Source of the DNA: Myxococcota bacterium
GTDB lineage: Bacteria; Myxococcota_A; UBA9160; UBA4427
DNA length: 64,000 nucleotides
Assembly (NCBI GenBank): GCA_965250285.1
Contig: OZ252299.1
Location: 4,288,001 to 4,352,000 of the forward strand
Direction of reading: 5' to 3'
Shown here: positions 27,171 through 36,678 of the stretch, piece after piece
How the letters are laid out: every line of letters starts with the position of its first letter
How positions within the stretch are numbered: the stretch's first letter is position 1
Program-made: the position numbers and the translations under genes
Notes under the pieces: generated by a model
Databases searched by the model: none
Told to the model about the DNA's origin: nothing
What the model saw: the letters and a program-made list of their open reading frames with translations, nothing else

Positions 27171-28907
27171 TCAGCCTGCCTGGGCCCCGTCCGGGGCGAC
27201 ATCGTCGGCGAGATAGACGCGCTCACCGCCCAGCCAAGTCTCGAGGACCACGATCTCATCGATCGTGTCGGGTCGGTCGAGCGGCGAGTCCGAGAGCACG
27301 ACGAAGTCGGCGAGCTTGCCCGCTTCGATGCTGCCCTTGTCGCCTTCTTCGAAGTGCTGCCATGCCGGCGTCGCGGTCACCGCTCGCAGCGCCGCCATCA
27401 CGGGGATGCGTTGATCCTCGCCCACGACGAAGTCGCTGCGTGTCTTGCGATTGACCGCAGCCCAGACGAGCCGAAGCGGCTCCATCGGCACGACCGGAGC
27501 GTCGCAGTGAATCGTGAACGGGATCCCGCGATCGAGCGCACCCTTCGCGGGGCTCATTTGGGCCGCACGCTCGGGGCCCATGAAGATCGTGCGATGCCGG
27601 TCGCCCCAGTAGAAAGTGTGCAAGCTGAAGAAGCTCGGCACGACGCCGAGCGCCTGCATGCGATCGAGCTGATCCTCGCGCGTCATCTGCGCGTGAATCA
27701 CGATGTGTCGCGCGTCTTCTCGAGGGTTCTTCTGCTGCGCCGCCTCGATCGCATCGAGGATGTCATCGATCGCCGCATCTCCATTGCCATGGATGGCCAG
27801 CTGCAGGCCGGCCGCGTGGTAGCGGTCGACGAGCTCGAACAACTCTTCGCGCGCGACGCGCGGATAGCCGCGGTACGTCGGGTCGTCTTCGGGGGGAACG
27901 TGGTAGGGCTCGCTCAGATAGCCCGTGTACCCCTGGATCGAGCCATCGGCGACGATCTTCACGGCCCCGACCCGCATCTGGTGCACATCCCAGTCGGGCG
28001 GCTCGAAGTCGCCGGCGACCCACGCGTCGCCCCCCTGCGTATCGGGCCACACGATCATCCGCACCGGGATGAACCCGAGCCACGACATCCAATCGAGGAT
28101 GCGAACGAGGTTCGGGTCGGTCAGCCCCGACTGGACCGTCGTCACGCCTTGCGACAGCGCGCGCTCGCCCGCTGACCGGAACATGGTGAGCGCATCGCCG
28201 AACCCGGGCACGAGCATGGGCGTGAGCGGCATCATCGCCATCTCTTCGAGCACGCCATCGGGCTCGGTCGAACCGTCGCGGCGCCGGATCACGCCGCCTT
28301 CGGGATCGGGTGTCGATGCATCGAACCCCAGACGCTCGAGCCCGATCGAGTTCACGACCGCCAGGTGACCCGAGATGTGCGAGACTGCGACGGGATGCCG
28401 AGTGGACACCCGGTCGAGATCATCCCGCGTCGGATGACGTCGCTCGTCGACGAGGGTGTCGTCGAAACCCATGCCGACCACCCAGTCGCCCTCGGGCACC
28501 TCGGACGCCCGCGCAGTCAACCGCGCGACCAGATCATCCATCGTCTCGACATCACCGATCGGCGGCGCATTCAAATCGACCGCCACGTCGAACATGCCCT
28601 CGCCCGGATAGTGTCCGTGCGCGTCGACGAATCCGGGCAGTACGGTTCGGCCACCGAGCTCGATCTCATGGGCGCCACGACGCTCGGCCCATGCGCGGAC
28701 CTCTTCGTCGGTGCCGACGACAGCGATTCGATCGCCTTCGACGCCGAAGGCGGTCACGATGCGGTCCGTGTCATCCATCGTGATCACTTCGCCGCCCGTG
28801 AACGCGACGGGGCCCGAACCGCAACCGACGGTCACGGCCGCCGCAAAGCCGGCGATTGCGACCGCGATCAGACCGGAGAGTCGGTGGCGCACGATCTTCA
28901 AAGGCAT
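27171..28907 (-). CDS. exported amidohydrolase (amidohydro_3, YtcJ-like), possible lipoprotein
   Basis: Lipobox-like TVGC; LPGFVDAHGH, SGH...NS, K..ADGS, HGNGD.AI, HAQ, GSIE.GKLADFVVL. Confidence 0.92.
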   Translation of the reverse strand: MPLKIVRHRLSGLIAVAIAGFAAAVTVGCGSGPVAFTGGEVITMDDTDRIVTAFGVEGDRIAVVGTDEEVRAWAERRGAHEIELGGRTVLPGFVDAHGHYPGEGMFDVAVDLNAPPIGDVETMDDLVARLTARASEVPEGDWVVGMGFDDTLVDERRHPTRDDLDRVSTRHPVAVSHISGHLAVVNSIGLERLGFDASTPDPEGGVIRRRDGSTEPDGVLEEMAMMPLTPMLVPGFGDALTMFRSAGERALSQGVTTVQSGLTDPNLVRILDWMSWLGFIPVRMIVWPDTQGGDAWVAGDFEPPDWDVHQMRVGAVKIVADGSIQGYTGYLSEPYHVPPEDDPTYRGYPRVAREELFELVDRYHAAGLQLAIHGNGDAAIDDILDAIEAAQQKNPREDARHIVIHAQMTREDQLDRMQALGVVPSFFSLHTFYWGDRHRTIFMGPERAAQMSPAKGALDRGIPFTIHCDAPVVPMEPLRLVWAAVNRKTRSDFVVGEDQRIPVMAALRAVTATPAWQHFEEGDKGSIEAGKLADFVVLSDSPLDRPDTIDEIVVLETWLGGERVYLADDVAPDGAQAG

Positions 28908-28933
28908 CGATCGAGCATAGGGGAGAACCGCGC

Positions 28934-30370
28934 TTGAGTGACATCGACGCCACGATCGACGCCTGGGTGCGGCCTTTCTCCGACGGTCTCTCGGCCATCG
29001 TGTTCTTCGAGGTCCCGATCGGCGATGCGAACCTGCCGCTGGTCGTGCTCTGGCTCGTGGCCGGCGCGGTCTACTTCACGATTCGGCTGCGCTTCGTGAA
29101 CATTCGCGGCTTCGGCCATGCGATCTCGCTCTTGCGCGGCGCCGACCGCGGCCCGGGCGAGGTCTCGCACTTTCAAGCACTGGCGACCGCGATCTCGGGG
29201 ACGGTCGGCATCGGCAACATCGGCGGCGTCGCGGTCGCCGTCAGCATGGGCGGGCCCGGGGCTGCCTTCTGGATGATCCTCGCCGGCTTCCTCGGCATGT
29301 CGACGAAGTTTGCCGAGTGCACACTCGGCGTGGCGTACCGCCGCGAGAACGAAGACGGCAGCGTATCGGGCGGCCCGATGTACTACCTCGAGCGCGGCCT
29401 CGCCGAGCGCGGCTGGCCCGGGCTCGGCCGTTTTCTCGGCGTCTTCTACGCGGTCGGCATCGTGATTGGCTGCCTCGGCATCGGCAACATGTTCCAATCG
29501 AACCAGGCCTTCACGCAGCTCGTCGGCGTGACCGGCGGCGAGACGAGCCCGATCGCCGACAAGGGTTGGCTCGTCGGTCTCGTGCTCGCGTTCTTCGTCG
29601 GGCTCGTCATCGTCGGCGGCATTCGCAGCATCGCGCGACTGACGCAGAGCCTCGTACCCTTCATGGCGGCGCTCTACATCGCCGTGGCGCTCGTCGTCCT
29701 GATCATCAACTACGAAGCCGTGCCCTGGGCCTACGGGCAGATGATCGGCGGCGCCTTCAGCGCCGAGGGTGTCGCGGGCGGCGCGCTCGGCGTCATGATC
29801 ATCGGGTTCCGACGCGCGCTCTTCTCGAACGAGGCGGGGATCGGCTCGGCGACCATCGCTCACTCGGCCGTCAAGACCGACGAGCCGCTGACGGAAGGCT
29901 TCGTCTCGATCCTCGAGCCGTTCATCGACACCGTCGTCATCTGCCACATCACCGCACTCGTGCTCGTCACCACGCTCTACTTCGAACCCGCGATCGGCGA
30001 GCGTCTCGGCGGCATCGAGACCACATCGGCCGCCTTCGAGCGAGTGTTGCCCTGGGCGCCGATTCCGATTGCGATCGCCGCCACGCTGTTCGCGCTGTCG
30101 ACAATGGTCTCGTGGTCGTACTACGGGCTGAAGGGCTTCACGTATCTGGTGGGCGAGGGCAGCCGCGGCGAGATCGTGTTCAAGGCGGTGTTCTGCATCT
30201 TCGTCGCGCTCGGCTGCTCGATCCGGCTCGATTCCGTGCTCGCCTTTTCCGACGCGCTGGTCTTCCTGATCTGCGTACCCAATCTGATCGGGCTGTACTG
30301 GCTCTACCCGGTCATCGAGGACCGCTTGCGCGCATACCCGTGGGGCAGAGACGGTGGCCGAGCGGGCTGA
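28934..30370 (+). CDS. alanine/glycine:cation symporter (AGCS, AlsT-like)
   Basis: SHFQAL.TA.SGTVG.GNI.GVA, GGPGA.FWM, GGPMYY, FSNEAG.GSA, EPFIDT; GGAG SD before TTG. Confidence 0.95.
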   Translation: MSDIDATIDAWVRPFSDGLSAIVFFEVPIGDANLPLVVLWLVAGAVYFTIRLRFVNIRGFGHAISLLRGADRGPGEVSHFQALATAISGTVGIGNIGGVAVAVSMGGPGAAFWMILAGFLGMSTKFAECTLGVAYRRENEDGSVSGGPMYYLERGLAERGWPGLGRFLGVFYAVGIVIGCLGIGNMFQSNQAFTQLVGVTGGETSPIADKGWLVGLVLAFFVGLVIVGGIRSIARLTQSLVPFMAALYIAVALVVLIINYEAVPWAYGQMIGGAFSAEGVAGGALGVMIIGFRRALFSNEAGIGSATIAHSAVKTDEPLTEGFVSILEPFIDTVVICHITALVLVTTLYFEPAIGERLGGIETTSAAFERVLPWAPIPIAIAATLFALSTMVSWSYYGLKGFTYLVGEGSRGEIVFKAVFCIFVALGCSIRLDSVLAFSDALVFLICVPNLIGLYWLYPVIEDRLRAYPWGRDGGRAG

Positions 30371-30531
30371 CGGCGCTTCCGCCCCCTCGGCGCACTCGCG
30401 TAAACATCTGACCTAATTCACTTTTTCTGAGATCAGAGAGCAATCAACTCGCGATCAGGACCGATTTGGCCGCTCGGCCGATCCTCCTGCTGAGCGACCG
30501 AGAATCAACTCGGCGCCACAGGAGAAACCCG

Positions 30532-31290
30532 ATGAAGCGCGTCCTCTATCCGACCTTTGCGGTGCTCTGCTACGCCGCGTTCTTTGCCTGCTTCGCCTAC
30601 ACCGTGGGCTTCCTCGCCAACTTCGGCGTGCCCAAGACCGTCGACGGCGACCCGACGTCTGGGCCGCTCGTCGCCGCTCTGATCAACGTGGCCGTGCTCG
30701 GCGTCTTCGGTCTCCAGCACAGTGTGATGGCTCGTCCGGGCTTCAAGCAGTGGTGGACGCGGATCGTGCCCGAACCGATCGAGCGCGCGGTCTACGTGCT
30801 CGCTTCGGTGGCGGCGCTCGCGCTCGTCATGTTCGCCTGGCAGCCGATGGGTGGCACCGTCTTCCAGGTGCAGAACGAGATCGCCCGCGGCGCAATCTGG
30901 GCGCTCTACCTCGGCGGCTACGGCATGGTGTTCTTGTCGACCGTGCTGCTCAACCATTTCGAGCTGTTCGGCCTGCGCCAGGCGTTCCTGTACGGAGCCG
31001 GTCGCGAGTACACCGCCCTGCCCTTCGAAACGCCCTCGGTCTACAAGTACGTGCGCCATCCGCTCTACGTCGGCTGGTTCATGGTGCTCTGGAGCACGCC
31101 CGACATGAGCATCGGCCGGCTGCTCTTCGCGGGTGTGTCGTCGGCCTACATCCTGGTCGCCCTGATCTTCGAAGAGCGTGACCTCGTGGCGCACTTCGGC
31201 GAGACCTACGAGCGCTACCAGAAGCAGGTGCCGGCCTTCGTACCGCTGCCGCGCCGAGCCACGACGCGCACCGCTCGCACCGCGAGCTGA
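30532..31290 (+). CDS. mddA: methanethiol S-methyltransferase (ICMT/PEMT-like membrane methyltransferase)
   Basis: VPKTVD, QHSVMARPGFK.WWTRIVP..IER..YVL, NHFELFGLRQ, YK.VRHPLY.G, EERDL; AGGAG SD. Confidence 0.8.
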   Translation: MKRVLYPTFAVLCYAAFFACFAYTVGFLANFGVPKTVDGDPTSGPLVAALINVAVLGVFGLQHSVMARPGFKQWWTRIVPEPIERAVYVLASVAALALVMFAWQPMGGTVFQVQNEIARGAIWALYLGGYGMVFLSTVLLNHFELFGLRQAFLYGAGREYTALPFETPSVYKYVRHPLYVGWFMVLWSTPDMSIGRLLFAGVSSAYILVALIFEERDLVAHFGETYERYQKQVPAFVPLPRRATTRTARTAS

Positions 31291-31303
31291 GCCGATCGCT
31301 TCA

Positions 31304-31463
31304 CGGGCGCTCCATCCACCCGGCCCTGCGCAGACGCGCGGGCCGGGTCGGATGGGAGCCCGAGGCCCCAGCGACCCGCGCTGCCCTCACCGAGCGGCCG
31401 GGTCGATGCGCGTCCGGCGCCTTGGGGCAGATCTTCCCTTCCGTTCGCGGCTCGTCGCGACGG
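31304..31463. terminator. cluster of GC-rich hairpins between convergent genes (possible bidirectional terminator/REP-like)
   Basis: CCATCC-ACCCGGCCC...GGGCCGGGT-cGGATGG stem followed by two smaller imperfect stems; no U-tract. Confidence 0.35.
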
Positions 31464-31474
31464 CCAGCGATGCG

Positions 31475-31843
31475 TCAGCCTTCGTCGAGTTGCCGGATCG
31501 CCCGCTTCGGCGCCACCATGCGGTAGCCCTCTTCGAGCAGCCCGGCGACGACGCCCCAATCGACCTGGCCCTCGAGTCGAATGCCGATCCAGCCGCTCGG
31601 CCCGACGTAGGGAGGCACGAAGAATCGCTCGGGGTCGGATTCGACCAGCCCCTGCTGGTCCTCCTTGCGAAACTTCACCCAGACCGCGATGCGTCCGTCG
31701 CCGTGATGATTTTCGTGAAACGTCGCGAAGGTCTTCTTGCCGCCCCACCAGGTGGGCGCGCCATGCGAGATGCGCTCGTCTGTCTCGGGCCAGGCCGAGA
31801 TGATCTCGCGCAGCTTGATGAGCGGATCTTTGCGTCGAGGCAT
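31475..31843 (-). CDS. MmcQ/YjbR family protein
   Basis: SHGAPTW, F.PPYVGP.GW.G..L, DW..V..L....YR.VAP. Confidence 0.9.
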   Translation of the reverse strand: MPRRKDPLIKLREIISAWPETDERISHGAPTWWGGKKTFATFHENHHGDGRIAVWVKFRKEDQQGLVESDPERFFVPPYVGPSGWIGIRLEGQVDWGVVAGLLEEGYRMVAPKRAIRQLDEG

Positions 31844-31895
31844 GACCAGAGCCTAGAACGGGCCGACGGCCCGGCCAACGTAACCGGGCAGCCGC

Positions 31896-33632
31896 CTACG
31901 AGGGCGGCTCACCGACCATCGCGCGCTCGAGCGATCGCAGCTCGGCGCGGGCCTTGCCGTTCGAAGGATCGAGCTCGAGCGTGCGCTCGTAGTCGGTGAT
32001 CGCGGCGTCGGGCTGCCCGAGCCGCACGGCCATGCGTGCACGCTGCAAGTGGGCGAACGCGCTCCGGGGATCGGACGCGAGCGCGCGGTCGATCTCGACG
32101 CGCGCTTCGTCGATGCGGCCCATCTCGAGCAACGCTGTAGCGATCGTCGCCTGCACGAAGGCCGACGCGGGCATGCCGACCAGCGCGCGGCGCAGCGGCA
32201 CGAGTGCGCGCTCGGGCTCGCCGGCCTGCATGCGCAGCTGGCCGAGTGCGACGTTCGCGTGGACATGATTCGGATAGATGTCGACGGCGCGCTCCAGCTG
32301 CGCGACGGCCGCCGTATCGAAGCCGCCTTCGAGCAGACGCATGGCCTTGTAAAAGAGCGCCATGACGTCTCGGTCGTGCACGGCGAGCGCGTGATCGAAG
32401 AGTGCATTCGAATCACGCCATGTCGACGCCTGCGCACGCGCTGCGGCCGCGGCCGGAACGAGCAACAGCGCCGCCAGCCCGCCCGCGACGACCGGACGCC
32501 GGGGAACGGCCTCGAGCAGGCGCGCCGCCGTGAAGGCCAGAGCCACGAGCAGACCGATCATCGCGAGCTGCAGCTGTCGGTCGTGCATCATCCGAAGGCC
32601 GATCGGAACGAGACCCGCAACCGGAACGATCATCACGAGGTACCAGAACCAGCCTGCGAGTGCGGGCCGAGCAGCAGCTCCAGCGCGTACGAGCCCCACG
32701 GTGATCAGCGCGATCGCGACGAGCCCGAGGGTGACCTGCCACAACGGCACGGGCCCGAGCCCCATCTGGATCGTCGTCGGCGCCGTGAAGGCCAGATCGC
32801 TCGGCCAGACGATCCGACCGATGCCCGTGAACACGTTCGCGACGACGATCCCGAACCGCTCGAAGAGACTCGGATCGGCGCCCCACGGACTCGTCACTTC
32901 GGCATCGGCCACCAGCCGCGCAGCGAGGCCCACGATGCCGATCACGAGCAGCGGCGCCTTCTCGGCGAGCAGCAACGCCGGCGAAGCTTCGGGTCGATCG
33001 GCGAAGCGACCGATGCGCGTACCGGCAAAGCCGAGTCGACCGAGCGGCCACACGTCGAGCACGAGCAGGAGGAAGGGCACCGCGGCGAAGCGGCCTCCTG
33101 CAAGCACGCCGCCCATCGCGCAGAGCACGACGGCGGCAAAGCGCACGCGGCCAGGACGATCGACGTAGATGGCCCAGGTGCCGAGCAGCGCAGCAAAGAA
33201 GAAGTGCGCGAGCGCGTCAGCCCGACCAAAGGCCCACGCGACGCTCTCGGCGGCGATCGGGTGCACGGCGTACATCGCCGCCACGAACGCGCTCGGCCAG
33301 AAGGCACCGGTGAGCCTTGCGAGCGCGAAGAGCAGCAGCAGCGTCGTTCCGATGTGGAGGGCGAGATTGCCGAGCAGCACCGGCCCGGCGTCCGACAGTC
33401 CGTGCCACTCGTCGCCGGCCTGTAGGCTGATCCACGCGAGCGGCTGCCACGGCAGCCCGGGCTCGATCTCGAAGGCGCGGGTCACGTTGCCGTCGTTGAA
33501 ACCGCGCTGGACCAGCACGTTGTCGACGATCATCCGCTGATCGCCGTAGTCGACGTACTCGTGCAGATTGACCCCGCTGAAGATTCCGAAGGTCAGAACC
33601 GCGATCACGATGTAGACGGTGGCGGGGTGCAC
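31896..33632 (-). CDS. TMTC-like (GT-C) membrane protein with C-terminal TPR repeats, divergent
   Basis: N-terminal TM, WQPL.W.S, NL.LH, HP..AESVAW...R.D.L, EK.P, WP..L, W.D...LF.HAL, then TPRs. Confidence 0.85.
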   Translation of the reverse strand: MHPATVYIVIAVLTFGIFSGVNLHEYVDYGDQRMIVDNVLVQRGFNDGNVTRAFEIEPGLPWQPLAWISLQAGDEWHGLSDAGPVLLGNLALHIGTTLLLLFALARLTGAFWPSAFVAAMYAVHPIAAESVAWAFGRADALAHFFFAALLGTWAIYVDRPGRVRFAAVVLCAMGGVLAGGRFAAVPFLLLVLDVWPLGRLGFAGTRIGRFADRPEASPALLLAEKAPLLVIGIVGLAARLVADAEVTSPWGADPSLFERFGIVVANVFTGIGRIVWPSDLAFTAPTTIQMGLGPVPLWQVTLGLVAIALITVGLVRAGAAARPALAGWFWYLVMIVPVAGLVPIGLRMMHDRQLQLAMIGLLVALAFTAARLLEAVPRRPVVAGGLAALLLVPAAAAARAQASTWRDSNALFDHALAVHDRDVMALFYKAMRLLEGGFDTAAVAQLERAVDIYPNHVHANVALGQLRMQAGEPERALVPLRRALVGMPASAFVQATIATALLEMGRIDEARVEIDRALASDPRSAFAHLQRARMAVRLGQPDAAITDYERTLELDPSNGKARAELRSLERAMVGEPPS

Positions 33633-33763
33633 GGCGCGCGATTATGCAGCAGATCGCCGGCGCGAGGGGAACAACTTGCCGGCGACCACACGCGTGGCCG
33701 CCGGCAGAGCAGTGCAGATGCAGAACGCGGGCAAGCGAGCTGCGCTCGCAGCGCCCACCGTCG

Positions 33764-35470
33764 CTAGAGGCTCGTTCGCGTGAGCTCCACGTCGGCGCGC
33801 GCCCAGGCGTTCTCGAAGCCCTGCCGCGCCCACTCGGCCTCGGGCGCCTTGCCCTCCTGCTCGAGACCCTCGGCCAGGCCATAGAGCGCCCAGCCGTTTC
33901 TCGGATACTGCTCGAGATCGACGCGGTACACCTCGACCGCCCGGGCCGACTCGTCCATGTCGAGCAGCTGTGCGCCGAGCGCGAGGCGCGGCGAGGCGTA
34001 CCAGGGCGGCGGCTCCATGTACGCGAGGGCATCGTGCTGCGCGGCCGCGCTCTCGAGCGCGGCGACGGCCGCTGCATCGTCGCCCGCGAGGGCGGCGATC
34101 TCACCCGAGAGATGCGCCTCGGCGATGGCCAACAGCGACTGTGCGCTGGCCGTCCCGCCGGCGAGGATCAAGGCCTCGGCCTCGGGCCGCGCGCCCTGCC
34201 TCTTCAGTTCGGCGAGCGCGGCGTTGGCCTCGTCGGCGTTGCCCTTGCGCGCGTGCGCCAGGCCACGGGTGTAGCTCGAGATGCCGGCGAGGTAGACGTA
34301 GGCATCGTCCGGTACGGGCTCGCCAAGCACGGCGTCCCACTCGCCGAAGCGCGCGAGCGTCAGCATCGGTACGGCCGCGAACTCCTGCGTGAAGGGGGCT
34401 TCGTCGAGGCCGTCCCGCGTCGCGGCGGCGAGCTTGCGGGCCGTACTGATCGCGAGCTCGCTCTGACCCTCGGCGCTCGCGGCCGCCCATAGAAAGTGCA
34501 CGTTGTGGGGGTAGTAGGCCGCGCGGTAGAACGCGTCGGGGCCACACCACGAGAAATACTGCTCGTCGGCGGCGGCCGCGCGCTGATTGATCTCGGCGGC
34601 CTCTTCGTAGCGGCCGACCCGCCAGTAGATGTGCGAGGGCATGTGGACGAGGTGCCCCGAGTCGGGCGCGAGACCATTCAGACGATCCGCGGCCGGCTCG
34701 CCCCGCTCGGGAAAGAACTCTTCGACGGCGTGGATGTAGAGATGATTCGCGCCGACGTGATCGGGCTCGGCTTCGATCACCGCCTCGAGCACCGCGAGCA
34801 GCTCTTCGGTGTATGCCCTGGGCTCGCCGTCGTCGGTCCAGTAGTTCCAGGGGTAGAGATCCATCAGAGACTCGGCGAAGAGCGTCGCTGCGTCGACGTC
34901 GGCGGGGTCGGCGAGATGCACCTCACGCATCGCGTCGGCATACGCGAGGTCGAGGCCCGTACGCGACTCGGGGATCGTCTCGCTGTAGCGCATCGCGAGC
35001 GCCTCGATGTAGGCGCGTTCGCGCGGCGTCGCGTTGGCGGCGGCTTCGAGCGCGCGCTGCGACGCGGCCCAGGCCTGCGCCGCGGCTTCGGGCCCCATCG
35101 GCCGGTTGATGTTCGGGCCCAGGCCGATCGCGACGCCCCAGTGGCACATCGCACAGTCGGGATCGAGACGCAGCGCCTCTTCGAACGATCGAATCGCGGC
35201 TTCGTGGTTGAAGCCATAGAGCAGGATCAGGCCCTGGTCGAAGTACTGCTGGGCCTCTTCGGTGCTGGTCGTGATGGGGTGATTGGCCGCCGGGAGCCCT
35301 TCGAGCAGCTTCGGCCGACCGTGGGGGGCGGTCTCGGCGGTCGCCGGCTCTTCGGGTGCGGCGGGGCCACCGTCGTGGCCACACGCGACGAACGCGAGCG
35401 TCGCGATCGACGCCAGGAGAGTCAGGGTAGAAAGCAGCGGTCTGTGGATCCGGAGGGAGCGGCCGATCAT
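33764..35470 (-). CDS. TPR-containing putative lipoprotein (conserved hypothetical)
   Basis: Lipobox FVAC; AQ.YFDQG..L.YGFNH.AA.RSF, GPNIN, H.GA.H.YIH..E, HL.HMPSHI, Y.EPP.W, P.NGW.L.GL. Confidence 0.88.
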   Translation of the reverse strand: MIGRSLRIHRPLLSTLTLLASIATLAFVACGHDGGPAAPEEPATAETAPHGRPKLLEGLPAANHPITTSTEEAQQYFDQGLILLYGFNHEAAIRSFEEALRLDPDCAMCHWGVAIGLGPNINRPMGPEAAAQAWAASQRALEAAANATPRERAYIEALAMRYSETIPESRTGLDLAYADAMREVHLADPADVDAATLFAESLMDLYPWNYWTDDGEPRAYTEELLAVLEAVIEAEPDHVGANHLYIHAVEEFFPERGEPAADRLNGLAPDSGHLVHMPSHIYWRVGRYEEAAEINQRAAAADEQYFSWCGPDAFYRAAYYPHNVHFLWAAASAEGQSELAISTARKLAAATRDGLDEAPFTQEFAAVPMLTLARFGEWDAVLGEPVPDDAYVYLAGISSYTRGLAHARKGNADEANAALAELKRQGARPEAEALILAGGTASAQSLLAIAEAHLSGEIAALAGDDAAAVAALESAAAQHDALAYMEPPPWYASPRLALGAQLLDMDESARAVEVYRVDLEQYPRNGWALYGLAEGLEQEGKAPEAEWARQGFENAWARADVELTRTSL

Positions 35471-35549
35471 GACGAACTCCTCTCGGCCGCGATGCGGGCG
35501 CGACCGGTCACGCGCGCATCCCGGCACGGCCCCTGCCATCCCGGAATGC

Positions 35550-35583
35550 GCGCTGCGCATCGAGCATGCCCGATGCGCAGCGC
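35550..35583. repeat. 13-bp perfect inverted repeat (hairpin)
   Basis: GCGCTGCGCATCG-agcatgcc-CGATGCGCAGCGC just downstream of the SDR stop on the minus strand. Confidence 0.7.
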
Positions 35584-35605
35584 ACCCGCGATGGGGGCAT
35601 CCCCC

Positions 35606-36481
35606 CTACATCGCCGGAATGCCTGCGGGATCGATCGGCAGGTTGCCCTTGCCGATGCGATCGGCGCGATCGGTGAGCGTCGCGTGCGCACCGTCGTGGC
35701 CGATCATGATCACGAACTGGCCGTCGCGGATGCCCTGGAGCGCCACCTGCGCGAGATCATCGAGATCCTGGAACTGGAGCTCCATGCCCGCGGCCTTCGC
35801 CGCCTGCTTGAAATCCTCGATGCTGGGAGCCGGCGCCGCTTCGGTTTCACGGGCGAGCTCAGCCGGGCGGTTTCGGGCCGTCGTCCAGATGCCCGTCTCG
35901 AGCAGGCCGCCCGAGGGATAGAAGATCGACGCGCCGAGCTTGGTGCCCTCGCTCTCGAGCTGGGCGGCGAGACACTCGGTCAGACAAGAGACCGCGGCCT
36001 TGCTCGAGGCGTAGACCGACTGGTACGGCAGCGGCGAGATGCCGCCGTCGCCCGACGACGTATTGATCACCCAGCCCTCTTCGCCCGATTCGATCATGCG
36101 GGGCACGAACGCGATCACCCCGTGCATCACGCCATTCACGTTGACGCCGTGCACCCAGCGCCAGTCGTTCGGGGTCGTCTCCCAGACGTTCGAGTTCGGC
36201 GCGGCAACGCCGGCGTTGTTGAAGAGCAGATGGCATGCGCCCTCGTTCGAGAACACGTCGTCGGCGAGGCTCTCGAGCGACTCGGGCTTCGAGACGTCGA
36301 CGACGACGCCGCGCACCTCACCCTCCCCCTTGAGCTCGTCGACCGCCGCTTCGAGCGCCGACTGCTCGACGTCGCCGATCACCACGCGCGATCCCTCGCG
36401 GAGCAGCGCGCGCACGAGCGCCTTGCCGATGCCCGAAGCGCCGCCCGTCACCACTGCCACCTTGCCGCTGAAGTCGTCCAT
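35606..36481 (-). CDS. short-chain dehydrogenase/reductase
   Basis: TGGASGIG, NNAG, YASSK (YxxxK). Confidence 0.95.
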   Translation of the reverse strand: MDDFSGKVAVVTGGASGIGKALVRALLREGSRVVIGDVEQSALEAAVDELKGEGEVRGVVVDVSKPESLESLADDVFSNEGACHLLFNNAGVAAPNSNVWETTPNDWRWVHGVNVNGVMHGVIAFVPRMIESGEEGWVINTSSGDGGISPLPYQSVYASSKAAVSCLTECLAAQLESEGTKLGASIFYPSGGLLETGIWTTARNRPAELARETEAAPAPSIEDFKQAAKAAGMELQFQDLDDLAQVALQGIRDGQFVIMIGHDGAHATLTDRADRIGKGNLPIDPAGIPAM

Positions 36482-36678
36482 TGCGTGTCTCCGTCATTCG
36501 CGGCGCACCGAGCGTGCATCGCGGGTCGAAATGGAGGCAGGCGCGAAGCCCGCCGAGACCCATGAGTCAATCGAATGGACCGAAGGGTTTCAACTTCGCG
36601 GCGCAGGCACCACTCGGATGAAGGTGTCGACCCGGCGCCGGGGCGATCGGGCGACGCGCCATCGGCTTCGCCGGGCAG

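Noticed and set aside
35522..35537. GG-N10-GC sigma54-like match on the plus strand
   Set aside because: No plus-strand gene downstream; likely a chance match in GC-rich DNA
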